From: a virus
Taxonomy: Duplodnaviria; Caudoviricetes
Length of the DNA stretch: 64,000 nucleotides
Virus record (IMG/VR): IMGVR_UViG_3300031555_001519
Coordinates: 64,001-128,000 of that record
Reading direction: 5' to 3' (one strand)
A model generated the notes under the pieces. That model saw only the letters and a program-made list of their open reading frames with translations, was not told the DNA's origin and did not search any database. This document shows positions 29,678 to 39,723 of the stretch, piece by piece (position 1 is the first letter of the stretch; each line of letters starts with the position of its first letter). A program made the translations under genes and the position numbers.

Positions 29678-30154
29678 TCACTTGAATGTTAAAATAGAGT
29701 ATTGTTGTTTCTCGGCAACATTCTCTGCATTTGTTTGTAATCTATCTAAAAATTTTTGGTTTCCCATTCCAATTTGAATCATGGTAATAGGAGGGAAACT
29801 ATGTATTCTATTATTCTTGTCTCTATTTTCAAAACCATGAAGTCCTTTTCTCCATGCAGATGAAGCAATTTCATATTCGCTAATACCAGCTCCTTTATAT
29901 GGTTGCATATTATGAGAGCTAATCCTTACTCCACCATATATTGCTTTCCCATTGTTATGATAATAAGGAGAATACGAGTTGTTTAATAAATCATCTGTTC
30001 TGTTATAATATCTAGGAGTGTAATTATCATAAAAGCTTTGAATTGCATCTTTTGCCATTTCCGTTATTTCTTTTTCAGCCTGTTTACAATACGTTTCTGC
30101 AAAAGTTTTTAAATACAATTTAATATCTTTTTGTAACTGCCTTTCGTCAATCAT
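29678..30154 (-). CDS. Hypothetical tail morphogenesis protein
   Basis: Y.P..Y.RT..L motif; directly upstream of TMP. Confidence 0.55.
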   Translation of the reverse strand: MIDERQLQKDIKLYLKTFAETYCKQAEKEITEMAKDAIQSFYDNYTPRYYNRTDDLLNNSYSPYYHNNGKAIYGGVRISSHNMQPYKGAGISEYEIASSAWRKGLHGFENRDKNNRIHSFPPITMIQIGMGNQKFLDRLQTNAENVAEKQQYSILTFK

Positions 30155-30232
30155 ATTTAATATGTTCTCCTTTCTTATCTTATTTAAAATCAATCCCCAA
30201 GCTTTGACACCTGGGGATCGCAATAATACTAT

Positions 30233-30814
30233 CTATTTAATTTTCTTAATCAACTTATCCAAAGCAGTTACGATCTTATTAACCTTTTTCTCATCACTAA
30301 GCACGTCTGCTATTTTATCCATTCCAGCACCGGCATAAACTCCTAATTTATGAGAAGCTGCTTCTACAAGGTTAGCAACATAAGCTTCGGTGGAAGTGTG
30401 TTGTGCATACCATGTGTCCATAACTTGAGACTGTATATTCATTAATTCATCAACATCGGAACCGATGGTATTAAGAATCTTTCCAATAAGTCCAGTTGAT
30501 TGTAGACTATCATAAGACTCACAAACCAAAGGTTGTCCATCTTCATTTTTATCTGGCTCAATATCTGTATATAATATCAAAACAGCCATTGTAAGATTCA
30601 GCTTAGATGTAATCAAGTCAATGTATTTACCGGTAGAACCTTCTACAACTGATTTATCATTCATTGCTTCTAAAATTGCCTTCTTTTTTAAAATAGGAGC
30701 ATATGTAGTTTTTACATGTTCCTTTACATACTTGTCCTTTAATTGATCATTATTTAATTTACTATATCTTTCTACAAATGTAGATACTGTGATTCTTTCT
30801 CTTACTTCACTCAT
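30233..30814 (-). CDS. Hypothetical protein (possible tail assembly chaperone)
   Basis: ORF with AAGGAG RBS; function inferred from position only. Confidence 0.5.
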   Translation of the reverse strand: MSEVRERITVSTFVERYSKLNNDQLKDKYVKEHVKTTYAPILKKKAILEAMNDKSVVEGSTGKYIDLITSKLNLTMAVLILYTDIEPDKNEDGQPLVCESYDSLQSTGLIGKILNTIGSDVDELMNIQSQVMDTWYAQHTSTEAYVANLVEAASHKLGVYAGAGMDKIADVLSDEKKVNKIVTALDKLIKKIK

Positions 30815-30977
30815 TTTTATTCTCCTTATTTTCCAATTCAATATAAAAATCTCTTGCTTCTTGTTCGGTAACTTCTTGTAAATTACCTCGGTTATATCTA
30901 TCCATTAATGATAAGAGTAGATACCCATATTTATTATCTCTTTTACTAATTAAACTAATATAATCCCACTTATTCAT
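30807..30977 (-). CDS. Small hypothetical protein (56 aa, below ORF-track cutoff)
   Basis: MNKWDYISLISKRDNKYG...; GGGAG RBS. Confidence 0.5.
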   Translation of the reverse strand: MNKWDYISLISKRDNKYGYLLLSLMDRYNRGNLQEVTEQEARDFYIELENKENKNE

Positions 30978-31012
30978 TATTTGCTCCCTAATATCAGTGT
31001 TTAATTTGTTTA

Positions 31013-31210
31013 CTAGTATGCTTTTTTTAAGTTGTCATGAATGCAATCTAAACACAATTCATCACCGGTGCATTCGTCAATATACAAGTCCTCTGCCTGA
31101 ACCTCGTAACCACATTTATCACAATAGTAGGCATATGAATCATCTCTAAGAGGGCAAAACATCATGCATGGCAACCCACAATTTATACAATTATTTACTT
31201 TCTTCCTCAT
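31013..31210 (-). CDS. Small Cys-rich hypothetical protein
   Basis: Several CxxC pairs; RBS. Confidence 0.55.
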   Translation of the reverse strand: MRKKVNNCINCGLPCMMFCPLRDDSYAYYCDKCGYEVQAEDLYIDECTGDELCLDCIHDNLKKAY

Positions 31211-31236
31211 ATTTTTCTCCTTGTAATCCTTGTGTC

Positions 31237-31437
31237 TTAATCCTTATAAACTTGAAAATTCCAATTCCACCCATCTTTTGTCCAAATGGAATAATAATTA
31301 GAATAGGCATTATATTTGATGCGATCTATTTGTGGACTTTTATTTATATCCGATATTTCCAAATAAACAGAAGAGGAGAGCTGTCCATTATTCAACTTGA
31401 TTATTTTATCTATTTCCCAGGAATACACATGTATCAC
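31237..31437 (-). CDS. Hypothetical protein
   Basis: Overlaps the stop of the upstream gene. Confidence 0.5.
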   Translation of the reverse strand: MIHVYSWEIDKIIKLNNGQLSSSVYLEISDINKSPQIDRIKYNAYSNYYSIWTKDGWNWNFQVYKD

Positions 31438-32000
31438 TCCTTATATTTATTGCAAACCATATTTTGTATTTCTTTTTGTATACGTCCTTCTTTTGCTTTA
31501 TTTAAAATAGAACAGTTGCGAGAGTAACGTTTACAATTTTTACACTTATCTTCAAACTGATTTAATTGTTCTTGATTATCAAAAATCCCAATATAGTCCA
31601 CAGGATAAATAGTTAATTCTATATGAGGATTCGCAGAATCGTAATAGATACGATTTATTCTTTCACATACTACATTGTCATCCACCCAAATTAATTGAGT
31701 ATCAGTAATGGTATCTAGACTTACCTTAAAATAGTTATTTGCATCCATATCAATTCTTGGAAAATAAAAAACAGCATCAACATAAAAATGTTGTGCTGGA
31801 TTTAATGGCATATTCCAATTTTGAATTTTTACTTGTTCTCGTATGTATTCTTCAAACTTTTTCTGAAAATCTTTTGCTTCTTTTGTTTTATAGCTCATTG
31901 CCATAGGTTTACCATTTTTCATAATAGTTCTATAAGCCAGATAATGATTAACAGAAATAAAGTCCTCAATAAATAGTTTTAATTCTTGTCTACAACTCAT
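31434..32000 (-). CDS. rusA: RusA-like Holliday junction resolvase
   Basis: SVNHY..FYFPR..DANNYFKVSLD..WVDDN motif. Confidence 0.8.
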   Translation of the reverse strand: MSCRQELKLFIEDFISVNHYLAYRTIMKNGKPMAMSYKTKEAKDFQKKFEEYIREQVKIQNWNMPLNPAQHFYVDAVFYFPRIDMDANNYFKVSLDTITDTQLIWVDDNVVCERINRIYYDSANPHIELTIYPVDYIGIFDNQEQLNQFEDKCKNCKRYSRNCSILNKAKEGRIQKEIQNMVCNKYKE

Positions 32001-32046
32001 TTATCATTTTCCTTTTATTCGTTAAAATAGAGTAAGAGATTATTCT

Positions 32047-32301
32047 CTACTCAGTGTCATCTATAATTTCGTATGTAATATCTACAGGAACAACAACCAT
32101 TTCTATATCTAATCCGGTATCCATATAATAATACTGAAGAATTGATTCGGCCAATTTTTTACTCATTGCTTTTGTGGCAACTTCAATATCTTCTACAAAA
32201 TAATATTCTTTCTTTGCAGGTATTTTCTTTAAATATAGTGTAGGATTATCTAATGTAGCAATTACATATTTTCTTATTTTCTTTTCTAAATAACTTTTCA
32301 T
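32047..32301 (-). CDS. Hypothetical protein
   Basis: ORF in operon. Confidence 0.55.
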   Translation of the reverse strand: MKSYLEKKIRKYVIATLDNPTLYLKKIPAKKEYYFVEDIEVATKAMSKKLAESILQYYYMDTGLDIEMVVVPVDITYEIIDDTE

Positions 32302-32303
32302 AT

Positions 32304-32525
32304 TTACTCCAATTCATGTGCCAACCAAGCTTGATATAAGTCTTTTGTTTCTTCTCTTAAAAAGATATAAACAATAATATCTTTTCCATCCTCACTAATA
32401 CCTGGATACATATCAATTGGAAATACTCTATGCTTTACATACCTTTTATATTGTACCTCATTTACAATTCTACACACTTCTTTTTCAGTGTATGGACGAG
32501 GTTTCAAATTTGATTCAATTTTCAT
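32304..32525 (-). CDS. Hypothetical protein
   Basis: ORF with RBS. Confidence 0.55.
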   Translation of the reverse strand: MKIESNLKPRPYTEKEVCRIVNEVQYKRYVKHRVFPIDMYPGISEDGKDIIVYIFLREETKDLYQAWLAHELE

Positions 32526-32613
32526 ATCCTTTTTCTCCTTTTAAAGTAAAAAAAGGGGATACAACTCGAATAGTGAGCTGTATCCCCTTTATAATCAAAT
32601 CACTATTCAAATA

Positions 32614-33042
32614 CTAATTCTTTTTGGCATACTTACCATATTTCTTTTTAATGTGTACTTTTTTGTCCTCTACCTTTTTAGGTTGTTCCATTACTACAGA
32701 TTCAATTGAATTATCTTCTGTACCAGACTCTATTGGTTCTACTTCGTTAGCCTCAACATCGTACGCTTCGTTTATTATTTTAATAATGTTTGGTCTTAAA
32801 TTATCTTTGTAAGATAAGTCGCAGGCATCATATTTATCTTTTGCTGTTTCTTTTGTAATATATTTTCCTGCGTAATCTGTAGATATTTCAAAGATATTCA
32901 TGCAATTCTCATTATGATACAAATTCATCCAGCGAGGAAGATGATCAAATTGAGAACAACCATTGCAAAATGTATAAATTTTTCCGCAAGTAATACATTC
33001 CTTGTTATTTTTCTTCATCATATTATGTAGCTCCTTAATCAA
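32614..33042 (-). CDS. Hypothetical Cys-containing protein
   Basis: CITCGK.Y.FC.GC motif. Confidence 0.55.
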   Translation of the reverse strand: MIKELHNMMKKNNKECITCGKIYTFCNGCSQFDHLPRWMNLYHNENCMNIFEISTDYAGKYITKETAKDKYDACDLSYKDNLRPNIIKIINEAYDVEANEVEPIESGTEDNSIESVVMEQPKKVEDKKVHIKKKYGKYAKKN

Positions 33043-33131
33043 TTACTTATAAGAGCCATATAAATATGACTCTAAAACAGCAAGCAGACTATGACATCTG
33101 CTTGCCGTAATAATAACTATTTATTTTCAGA

Positions 33132-33914
33132 TTATTCTTCTTCATCGTCAGAAGCGATGTAGATTTCATAAAGAGTCTTATCAGCAGAACAATAGTCTAC
33201 CTGCAATGTTCCTTTATATTCCATCTGAGCATCAGTTGTAAGGTTAATAGAAACCTCAGGAGATACCTGGAAAGAAGGCAGAACAATGTAGCAAGCACGC
33301 AGAGTATCTGCAGAACAAGGATCTACACAAAGTGCCTTAAGAGTTAATCTAACAGTTCCAGGGAACTTATCAGCACTATTCTTAATAGCAACACCTTCAG
33401 CTACGGTTCTGTTGTATTTAACAACATACTGGGTTTCAGCAGCATCGGTAGGAGGTGTAAGAACACCTTCAGTGGAAATAGCATATTCTGTATCACTAGC
33501 TGCAGTGCCGGACTTATAAGCCTTACCCATGGTTCCGTTTGTAGAAAGAGCGTTAACGGTTACAGTACCCTTAACATAATCTGCCAAAGTAATTGTTTTT
33601 CCGGATTTTACGGTTACAATCTTAGGCATAGTAATAGTAGCACCAGTAGAAGCCTCTACCTTACCACTACCAGAAGCAGCACCAAGAATGTTAAGATTTA
33701 ACATTGCGTTATTTGCTGTAAATTCACCAGATTTACCCTGATAGAATCTCTTAATCAGAGTACCGGTAGCATCAACTGCGTCCTTAGACTCAGCGGTAAT
33801 ATCAATTGTAGCATCAGCAAGCTGAGTTAAAGTATAAAGCATATTGCCATCAAAATCTTCTGCTACACCCATCTGGATTCTGTCGATAATAATATCATCC
33901 AATCTAAATGCCAT
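33132..33914 (-). CDS. Major tail tube protein (putative)
   Basis: Thr/Ala-rich, about 260 aa, strong RBS, follows the head-tail genes. Confidence 0.65.
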   Translation of the reverse strand: MAFRLDDIIIDRIQMGVAEDFDGNMLYTLTQLADATIDITAESKDAVDATGTLIKRFYQGKSGEFTANNAMLNLNILGAASGSGKVEASTGATITMPKIVTVKSGKTITLADYVKGTVTVNALSTNGTMGKAYKSGTAASDTEYAISTEGVLTPPTDAAETQYVVKYNRTVAEGVAIKNSADKFPGTVRLTLKALCVDPCSADTLRACYIVLPSFQVSPEVSINLTTDAQMEYKGTLQVDYCSADKTLYEIYIASDDEEE

Positions 33915-33992
33915 ATTTTTTTCTCCTTTCAAATTTTGCATAAAAATAGAAGAGTGGCTTCACTCTTCTTGGTTGGCGTTTCTATTTAATTT

Positions 33993-34769
33993 TTAATTGT
34001 CATCAATATCTCTCATAAAGTTAAACAATTTCTTATCCACCTTAGAAAGATCGCACATACCTGAATACATTCCGGAATTCAAAGCAACAGTGCTTTCATA
34101 AATCTGTAATCTTTGAACACTATCCATGAATTGAACTATTCCAATTTCTCGAAGTTCGTTCAATTTATATTTAAACCCAGGATGATTGATACATGATGAC
34201 ACTAAGGGTAACAATATTGATTTAGATTTGTTTTTATTCTTTTTCTTCTCAAATTCTAAATTCATTCGATCTTCTCCAATAATTGCTTCCTTAGTAGCTT
34301 TTCCCTTAGCTTTTTCAACTTTAGGATATATATTAAACATCAGACGTAAATACTCGGAAATACATCTGTATGTTTCTTCATTTATTTCGATGTTTTCATC
34401 TCGACTATATAAAGTCAAAACTTCTGTGTCATCTATCTTTTTAATGAATAAATCAAAAGACTGAAAATCTAAATCACCAAATAACAAATAGGTTGCGTTT
34501 TTATCTAACCCTTTAATAAGCATACAGAATAATTCATAATCAGATATTTTATTCCAGTCAACACCCATATCCCATAATTGCAATCTATATGAAGTAGTAT
34601 TAGCTACAAAAGTATTTAACATAGAATAAAATCCTGTTTCTCCAAACTCTAAAATGTCACCAATGGTTGGTTGATTAATTTTAAGTTCGCATGTTTCTGT
34701 TTCAATAGTATATGGTTCTCCAAAATACATTTTTAATCTATCAAATTCAAATTCTGATGAAGTTGTCAT
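33993..34769 (-). CDS. Virion morphogenesis protein (hypothetical)
   Basis: Position in the head-tail block; QPTIGDI motif. Confidence 0.5.
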   Translation of the reverse strand: MTTSSEFEFDRLKMYFGEPYTIETETCELKINQPTIGDILEFGETGFYSMLNTFVANTTSYRLQLWDMGVDWNKISDYELFCMLIKGLDKNATYLLFGDLDFQSFDLFIKKIDDTEVLTLYSRDENIEINEETYRCISEYLRLMFNIYPKVEKAKGKATKEAIIGEDRMNLEFEKKKNKNKSKSILLPLVSSCINHPGFKYKLNELREIGIVQFMDSVQRLQIYESTVALNSGMYSGMCDLSKVDKKLFNFMRDIDDN

Positions 34770-35358
34770 AAGATTTTCTCACCCCGCTTCCTAAATTGTT
34801 AGGAGCTTCTATTTTAAATTTAATAGTTCTTGCATAATATTTTGTATCAATAATATCATTGAAATCATTAACACATTTAAGTTGCATGCCCAAAACATTA
34901 GTCCAACATAATAAATCCTTTACTATATAGTCCAATAAATCGGTTCTTACAATTCCATATTCGGTATCCATATCATCTTCATGTACTAAACACATAACGA
35001 TAAGATATTGATTTTTAATCACATTATTTGTATAAGATACGTCACTATCATCAATATCAAACATAACAAAATTCAACACTTCCTTCTGAATGCCATTAAG
35101 TTTAAGGAATGGTACAATCTGTTGGTGCTGAATTTTTTCATTATATTCTTCAATTTCTTGACGAAGCTTAAGTTCTTCTTCGGTTGGATTGGCAGGGTCA
35201 ACGTATTTATTCAATGGTCGTTTTGGCTTTTGACCAAGAATTTCGATTAAGTCTTCATCACTTTCAAACATCTTCTTGATTTTATCCTTTTTCCAGATAA
35301 TGTCAGAAGTTTCGTTTTTCTTTTCAAAATCCCTAATCTCATCTAAGTTTCGTTTCAT
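34747..35358 (-). CDS. Putative tail terminator/completion protein
   Basis: Position; RTDLL motif. Confidence 0.45.
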   Translation of the reverse strand: MKRNLDEIRDFEKKNETSDIIWKKDKIKKMFESDEDLIEILGQKPKRPLNKYVDPANPTEEELKLRQEIEEYNEKIQHQQIVPFLKLNGIQKEVLNFVMFDIDDSDVSYTNNVIKNQYLIVMCLVHEDDMDTEYGIVRTDLLDYIVKDLLCWTNVLGMQLKCVNDFNDIIDTKYYARTIKFKIEAPNNLGSGVRKSYDNFIRI

Positions 35359-36542
35359 TAGTCAGCCACCTCCAATTCAATAGAAGAGTAGTATTCTCCA
35401 ATAGAATTACTAACTGATAAAATAAATTTCTTGCCTTTAAGACTAGAAGCTTTAGCAGGCTTAACAGCGAGAGTGGAAGCATCAAATTTGGTTAATTTCA
35501 TTAAGCCAATATAGTATTCTTTTTCTTCATCTGTTAATGTTGTGTCCATTGGTATAATCCTCCATTGAGGGTCTATACCAGTATCAGAAAATTCAACTTC
35601 ATAGTAATAAGTTTTCCCTATCTCTAATTCAGTTTCTGCCCCTTGCTCAAGCTCTCCGTTAACATTAACTGTCATCCATTTAATTTCAGAAGTCTTTGTT
35701 GTATCCGGCATTTCATTTACTGGTTCATCTATAACAATATCCCCTTCATCGGTATAATAATCACATATATGAAGTTCAATATTATCTCGTTTTGTATTGA
35801 GTTCATCTTGTTTGATAGATAATTTTATAATACCTTGTGGATTTATATCTGTAATTTTTGTTACTTGATAAATCTTTGGTTCCAAGTCATTATTTGACAT
35901 AAAGAACCTTTGCATATACATAATTGTTCTTGTATCACATAATCCAAGTTCTTCTAATTTATCTCCGTATACATGGTACGTGTCAGGTATGAATGCTGAT
36001 GTGAGATTGTCAAGACTTAATGTATACTCATCTCGCCAAACACCACTTGTATAAGAGTTGGCATTCTTACTACATGCCCAACAAGTCATTATTTTACCCT
36101 TGTATATCCATCGGAAATCCCAATCACATTTCAAAATCATATATCTAACATAAGCATTTGCTTCATCTCGACCTACAATAATCCACCATTGAGTACGATT
36201 ATTTATAGGTTGCGTAAAAGGATCATCAATTTCAGACTCTTTCAAATTAATATCTGGAGAGGTATCATCCGGTACAATAACATAGCTACCTACTGGATAA
36301 TGAACTTTAGGTCTAAACTGTAAATAATAATCTACAGCATCTTTTGAGATAGAAGGAGCAGAATGAAACTGATACTTTGCATCTTCCCATTTCCAACCTT
36401 CTTTTGTTAGAATATAGACTTTTTTATATGTAGGGTCTAATGTAAATGTATTATTCATAATTACATCAGATTGTGTTCTTTTAACTTGACCAAGAGTGTT
36501 TCCACGAGTTGATAAATAATTCTTATAAGAATTAATATTCAT
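35358..36542 (-). CDS. Putative head closure/completion protein
   Basis: Position after the adaptor, as in SPbeta-like gene order. Confidence 0.45.
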   Translation of the reverse strand: MNINSYKNYLSTRGNTLGQVKRTQSDVIMNNTFTLDPTYKKVYILTKEGWKWEDAKYQFHSAPSISKDAVDYYLQFRPKVHYPVGSYVIVPDDTSPDINLKESEIDDPFTQPINNRTQWWIIVGRDEANAYVRYMILKCDWDFRWIYKGKIMTCWACSKNANSYTSGVWRDEYTLSLDNLTSAFIPDTYHVYGDKLEELGLCDTRTIMYMQRFFMSNNDLEPKIYQVTKITDINPQGIIKLSIKQDELNTKRDNIELHICDYYTDEGDIVIDEPVNEMPDTTKTSEIKWMTVNVNGELEQGAETELEIGKTYYYEVEFSDTGIDPQWRIIPMDTTLTDEEKEYYIGLMKLTKFDASTLAVKPAKASSLKGKKFILSVSNSIGEYYSSIELEVAD

Positions 36543-36546
36543 AATA

Positions 36547-36873
36547 TCAACCTCCAATCTTATCAATCAAAGAATGTGCATCTAAAATAAGTTTCCTATA
36601 AGACTTATAATCAAAATCTACTTTTTTCGATTCAATCAGTGCAGCCTCCAACAAACTCATAATCGCAACAATCTCAGTTGGATAGGAGAGTAATTCATTC
36701 AACCCATCCATTCGCCTCATTAGTCCGTCAAAATATTTATTAAAATCTACATTAAGATATTTGTTTTTTGTTTTTGGGTCTTTGTATATTAAGAGCCAAA
36801 ATAATTCTTTGTGTAACTTAACTTTATAATTCTCCATTTGTTCGTCATCAAAATATCCATAAATATGTTGCAT
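36547..36873 (-). CDS. Hypothetical protein
   Basis: ORF in operon. Confidence 0.5.
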   Translation of the reverse strand: MQHIYGYFDDEQMENYKVKLHKELFWLLIYKDPKTKNKYLNVDFNKYFDGLMRRMDGLNELLSYPTEIVAIMSLLEAALIESKKVDFDYKSYRKLILDAHSLIDKIGG

Positions 36874-36875
36874 GG

Positions 36876-37337
36876 TTATTCACCATCCAGATAAGAGTTC
36901 CATGCATAACCCCTGTCGGCTATCATGCGTCTCTGTTGTTTTTTACAACTATTTATTAAGTTTTGAAGTTCAGATAAATGTGCTGATTGTGAATAGAATT
37001 TCTCTTCTTTAGAACCAAACATCTGAGCAATATTATTAATGCTATTTTTTTTTGGTTCTAACCAAGCAACTACAACACCAAGAGCCAAGACTTCAACAAC
37101 AAATTCCTCGTCAGAAAAATTATCTACGGAATACTTAATTTCGTATTCAATTTGTTGTATCTCGTCATCCAAACTAAAAGTGCTAAATAATCTACGAACA
37201 TATGGATTAGCAGAAGCAGAATGAATCCAGTCACACAACAATTCATTCAAATCATCTTCTGGTAACTCTATAAAGTCATATGCCTCAATTTTACTAAAGA
37301 GGCGAGAATAAATTTTGTTATAATCTAAAGAGGTCAT
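36876..37337 (-). CDS. Putative head-tail adaptor
   Basis: Helical protein with ILA..V.AWL.P..FYSQ.AHL pattern; position. Confidence 0.55.
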   Translation of the reverse strand: MTSLDYNKIYSRLFSKIEAYDFIELPEDDLNELLCDWIHSASANPYVRRLFSTFSLDDEIQQIEYEIKYSVDNFSDEEFVVEVLALGVVVAWLEPKKNSINNIAQMFGSKEEKFYSQSAHLSELQNLINSCKKQQRRMIADRGYAWNSYLDGE

Positions 37338-37354
37338 ATTCTACCTCCTGTCTT

Positions 37355-37945
37355 TTACAACAATTCAGTCATTAACATGAGCTGCGTATTAAAAATCTCA
37401 TCAAGAATCTTTATTTTTGTAACACTGTCTAAAGTGCCATTAGCAATCATTGTTGCAGCTATACTCTTAATGGAGTCTTTAGCTCCATCTGGCAAACTTA
37501 AAATAGTCTGCTTCATACTCTTAGGATCGAGTGAAAGAACATCTTTAATATCGTTTAATGTATACATTGTTTCGTATTTCTCTTTTACGGAAGGATTCTG
37601 ACACAAGAACTCTTCATCATCAATTATAAAACGAGGCTTAAATACAAAACCACTGTTTGCACGAGTAGCATAAATTAAATCCTGATATTCAATATCCTGT
37701 TCGTCTCCTCTATCAGCCCATCTATATAAAGACTTTGTTTTTTCGCCAATCATTAATAATTCACCAGATGTAATAGAAACACATCTAATTAATTCATCTG
37801 CGGCGAATTTACGTGGTACAACAACCTTCTCTGCAACCGGAGCTTCAGCTTCAACAACCTTTGTTTCTACGGTTGAAGTTGAATCAACAGTTGTGGCGGT
37901 AGTTGCCTTTTTTGCAGTTGTATTTTTAGACATAGTTTTTGCCAT
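37355..37945 (-). CDS. Hypothetical head-associated protein
   Basis: Directly follows the capsid gene. Confidence 0.55.
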   Translation of the reverse strand: MAKTMSKNTTAKKATTATTVDSTSTVETKVVEAEAPVAEKVVVPRKFAADELIRCVSITSGELLMIGEKTKSLYRWADRGDEQDIEYQDLIYATRANSGFVFKPRFIIDDEEFLCQNPSVKEKYETMYTLNDIKDVLSLDPKSMKQTILSLPDGAKDSIKSIAATMIANGTLDSVTKIKILDEIFNTQLMLMTELL

Positions 37946-38015
37946 TATATTTACTCCTTTTAATCAAATATTGGGGTAGAAAAATCTACCCCAATTACTT
38001 TTAATATTTTTTAAA

Positions 38016-39137
38016 TTAAGCTTCAATACTCCATGCACCAAAGAACTGACCGATCTGAGTAGCAATACCCATTTCTCTATGTACTTCATAGCTCTGGAAG
38101 TCGTCTGCGTAAGCACCCTTTTCATTAACTTCACGAATTTCGGTTTCACCTACATCTACGAACTTAACAAACTTTTCAGCGGTTCTAGGCATAATAAGTA
38201 ACTTATCAGAAGCAACAAGCTTAACACCAGTATTACCTACAGCGAATCTCTGTGGAATCTCAATCAGAGTTGTACCTTCATAGCTACCTAATCTACCAAG
38301 AGTATTAATCTGTTTCTTCTGCTCATCAGAAGCCCATTCAACATCAGCAAAAGCGGTTAACTTCTTAAGAGCTGTCTTAGTACCCATAATTATAACTTCA
38401 GCAGCATTAGCAGATGCAACATCTTCAAGCAATGTATCAAAAGTTTCCTTTGTAGCAGAACCGATAGCACCGGTCTTATTAAACTGGCTATTTGCAGGTA
38501 ACTGATCAGCAGCATGAATAACCTCGTCATACATCATAGCCTGAACCTTCATAATGAAAGCTTCTGCAATCTTATCTGTTAACTTGGTAAAATCAAGTCT
38601 GCCAGTTGTTACCATATCAATATCAGCTCCAACCTTAACAGCAAACTTAGAAGTTGTTACTCTATGAGCCTCGCCTTCACCAAGTGTCTGCATTGTTAAG
38701 TCATGGTGATCGCCAGCAACCTTAGCAACTTCAAGGTATACTTTTGCATCTGTCCAGAATTCATTTTCATCACCAAGTGCAAGATTCTTCATTTCAACGA
38801 ACTCGTTGAACCATTCAGACTCCTTAAAGCCCTCCTGAATCTTAAATTCGATTTCTTCCTCAAGAACTTCGAAAAGCTCGGTGTGATGCTTCTCATATGC
38901 TCTACGTCTAGCCTTCTTAGACTTAACGGTTTCTTCATTTAATTCAAGGATTTCGAAAATTACCTTCTGAACAGCCTTGTTAGCTTCAGCCTTAGAAATT
39001 TTCTTCTTATTACCATCCTCATCATATTCATAAATTTCATTACCACGATTTAAATCGTATGTTAACTGCTTAAATGCTTCATACTTGCCTTCTTCAGCAA
39101 ATACTGTATTTAAATGATTTGTAGAAAATGTCATCAT
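38016..39137 (-). CDS. Major capsid protein
   Basis: 373 aa, strong RBS, follows scaffold and decoration genes. Confidence 0.8.
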   Translation of the reverse strand: MMTFSTNHLNTVFAEEGKYEAFKQLTYDLNRGNEIYEYDEDGNKKKISKAEANKAVQKVIFEILELNEETVKSKKARRRAYEKHHTELFEVLEEEIEFKIQEGFKESEWFNEFVEMKNLALGDENEFWTDAKVYLEVAKVAGDHHDLTMQTLGEGEAHRVTTSKFAVKVGADIDMVTTGRLDFTKLTDKIAEAFIMKVQAMMYDEVIHAADQLPANSQFNKTGAIGSATKETFDTLLEDVASANAAEVIIMGTKTALKKLTAFADVEWASDEQKKQINTLGRLGSYEGTTLIEIPQRFAVGNTGVKLVASDKLLIMPRTAEKFVKFVDVGETEIREVNEKGAYADDFQSYEVHREMGIATQIGQFFGAWSIEA

Positions 39138-39161
39138 AATTCTTTATTCCTCCTTTCTTAA

Positions 39162-39629
39162 TTACTCTGCTACTACCATCTTCTTGCTAGCAACAGAAGA
39201 GATAGTCTTGCCTACTGCTGGTGTGCCACTGAATGCTTCAGCGGATACTTCAAAACGGTCATACTTATGTAAGCCATAGCAACGTACATTTTCGCCAGCC
39301 TTGTTATAGAAGTTACTAATCTTCTTGAAGGTGTTGCTATATTCCTCAGCAATAAGAGGCTTCTCGTAAACGAGAACTGCATCGCCAGGATCTGTTACCA
39401 TTACTAAGTAGTTACCATTTGTCATCTGCTGAACAATCTTTCCACCAAAAGTTGTTACTGCAGCCTCTCCAAAGAGGTCTAAAGACAAATAATCGCCAAC
39501 AGCAACTAAATTGCCGTTGTCTGTGTCGCTGTCAAGCTGAATAGAAAACATGTGTTCTCCGTAATTCTGTGCAAGCACATTTGCTGGATTGCAAACTGCA
39601 TGCTTTGCAATTTCATAATGAATAGCCAT
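39162..39629 (-). CDS. Putative capsid decoration/cement protein
   Basis: D.DNG.LV..G motif; between scaffold and capsid genes. Confidence 0.6.
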   Translation of the reverse strand: MAIHYEIAKHAVCNPANVLAQNYGEHMFSIQLDSDTDNGNLVAVGDYLSLDLFGEAAVTTFGGKIVQQMTNGNYLVMVTDPGDAVLVYEKPLIAEEYSNTFKKISNFYNKAGENVRCYGLHKYDRFEVSAEAFSGTPAVGKTISSVASKKMVVAE

Positions 39630-39723
39630 AATTACATTTCTCCTTTCAAATTTTGAGCATAAAAATAACACCTTTATAGGTGTTTGGTTAATTTTGTTAT
39701 TTAATTAAAATCATTCGATTTAA

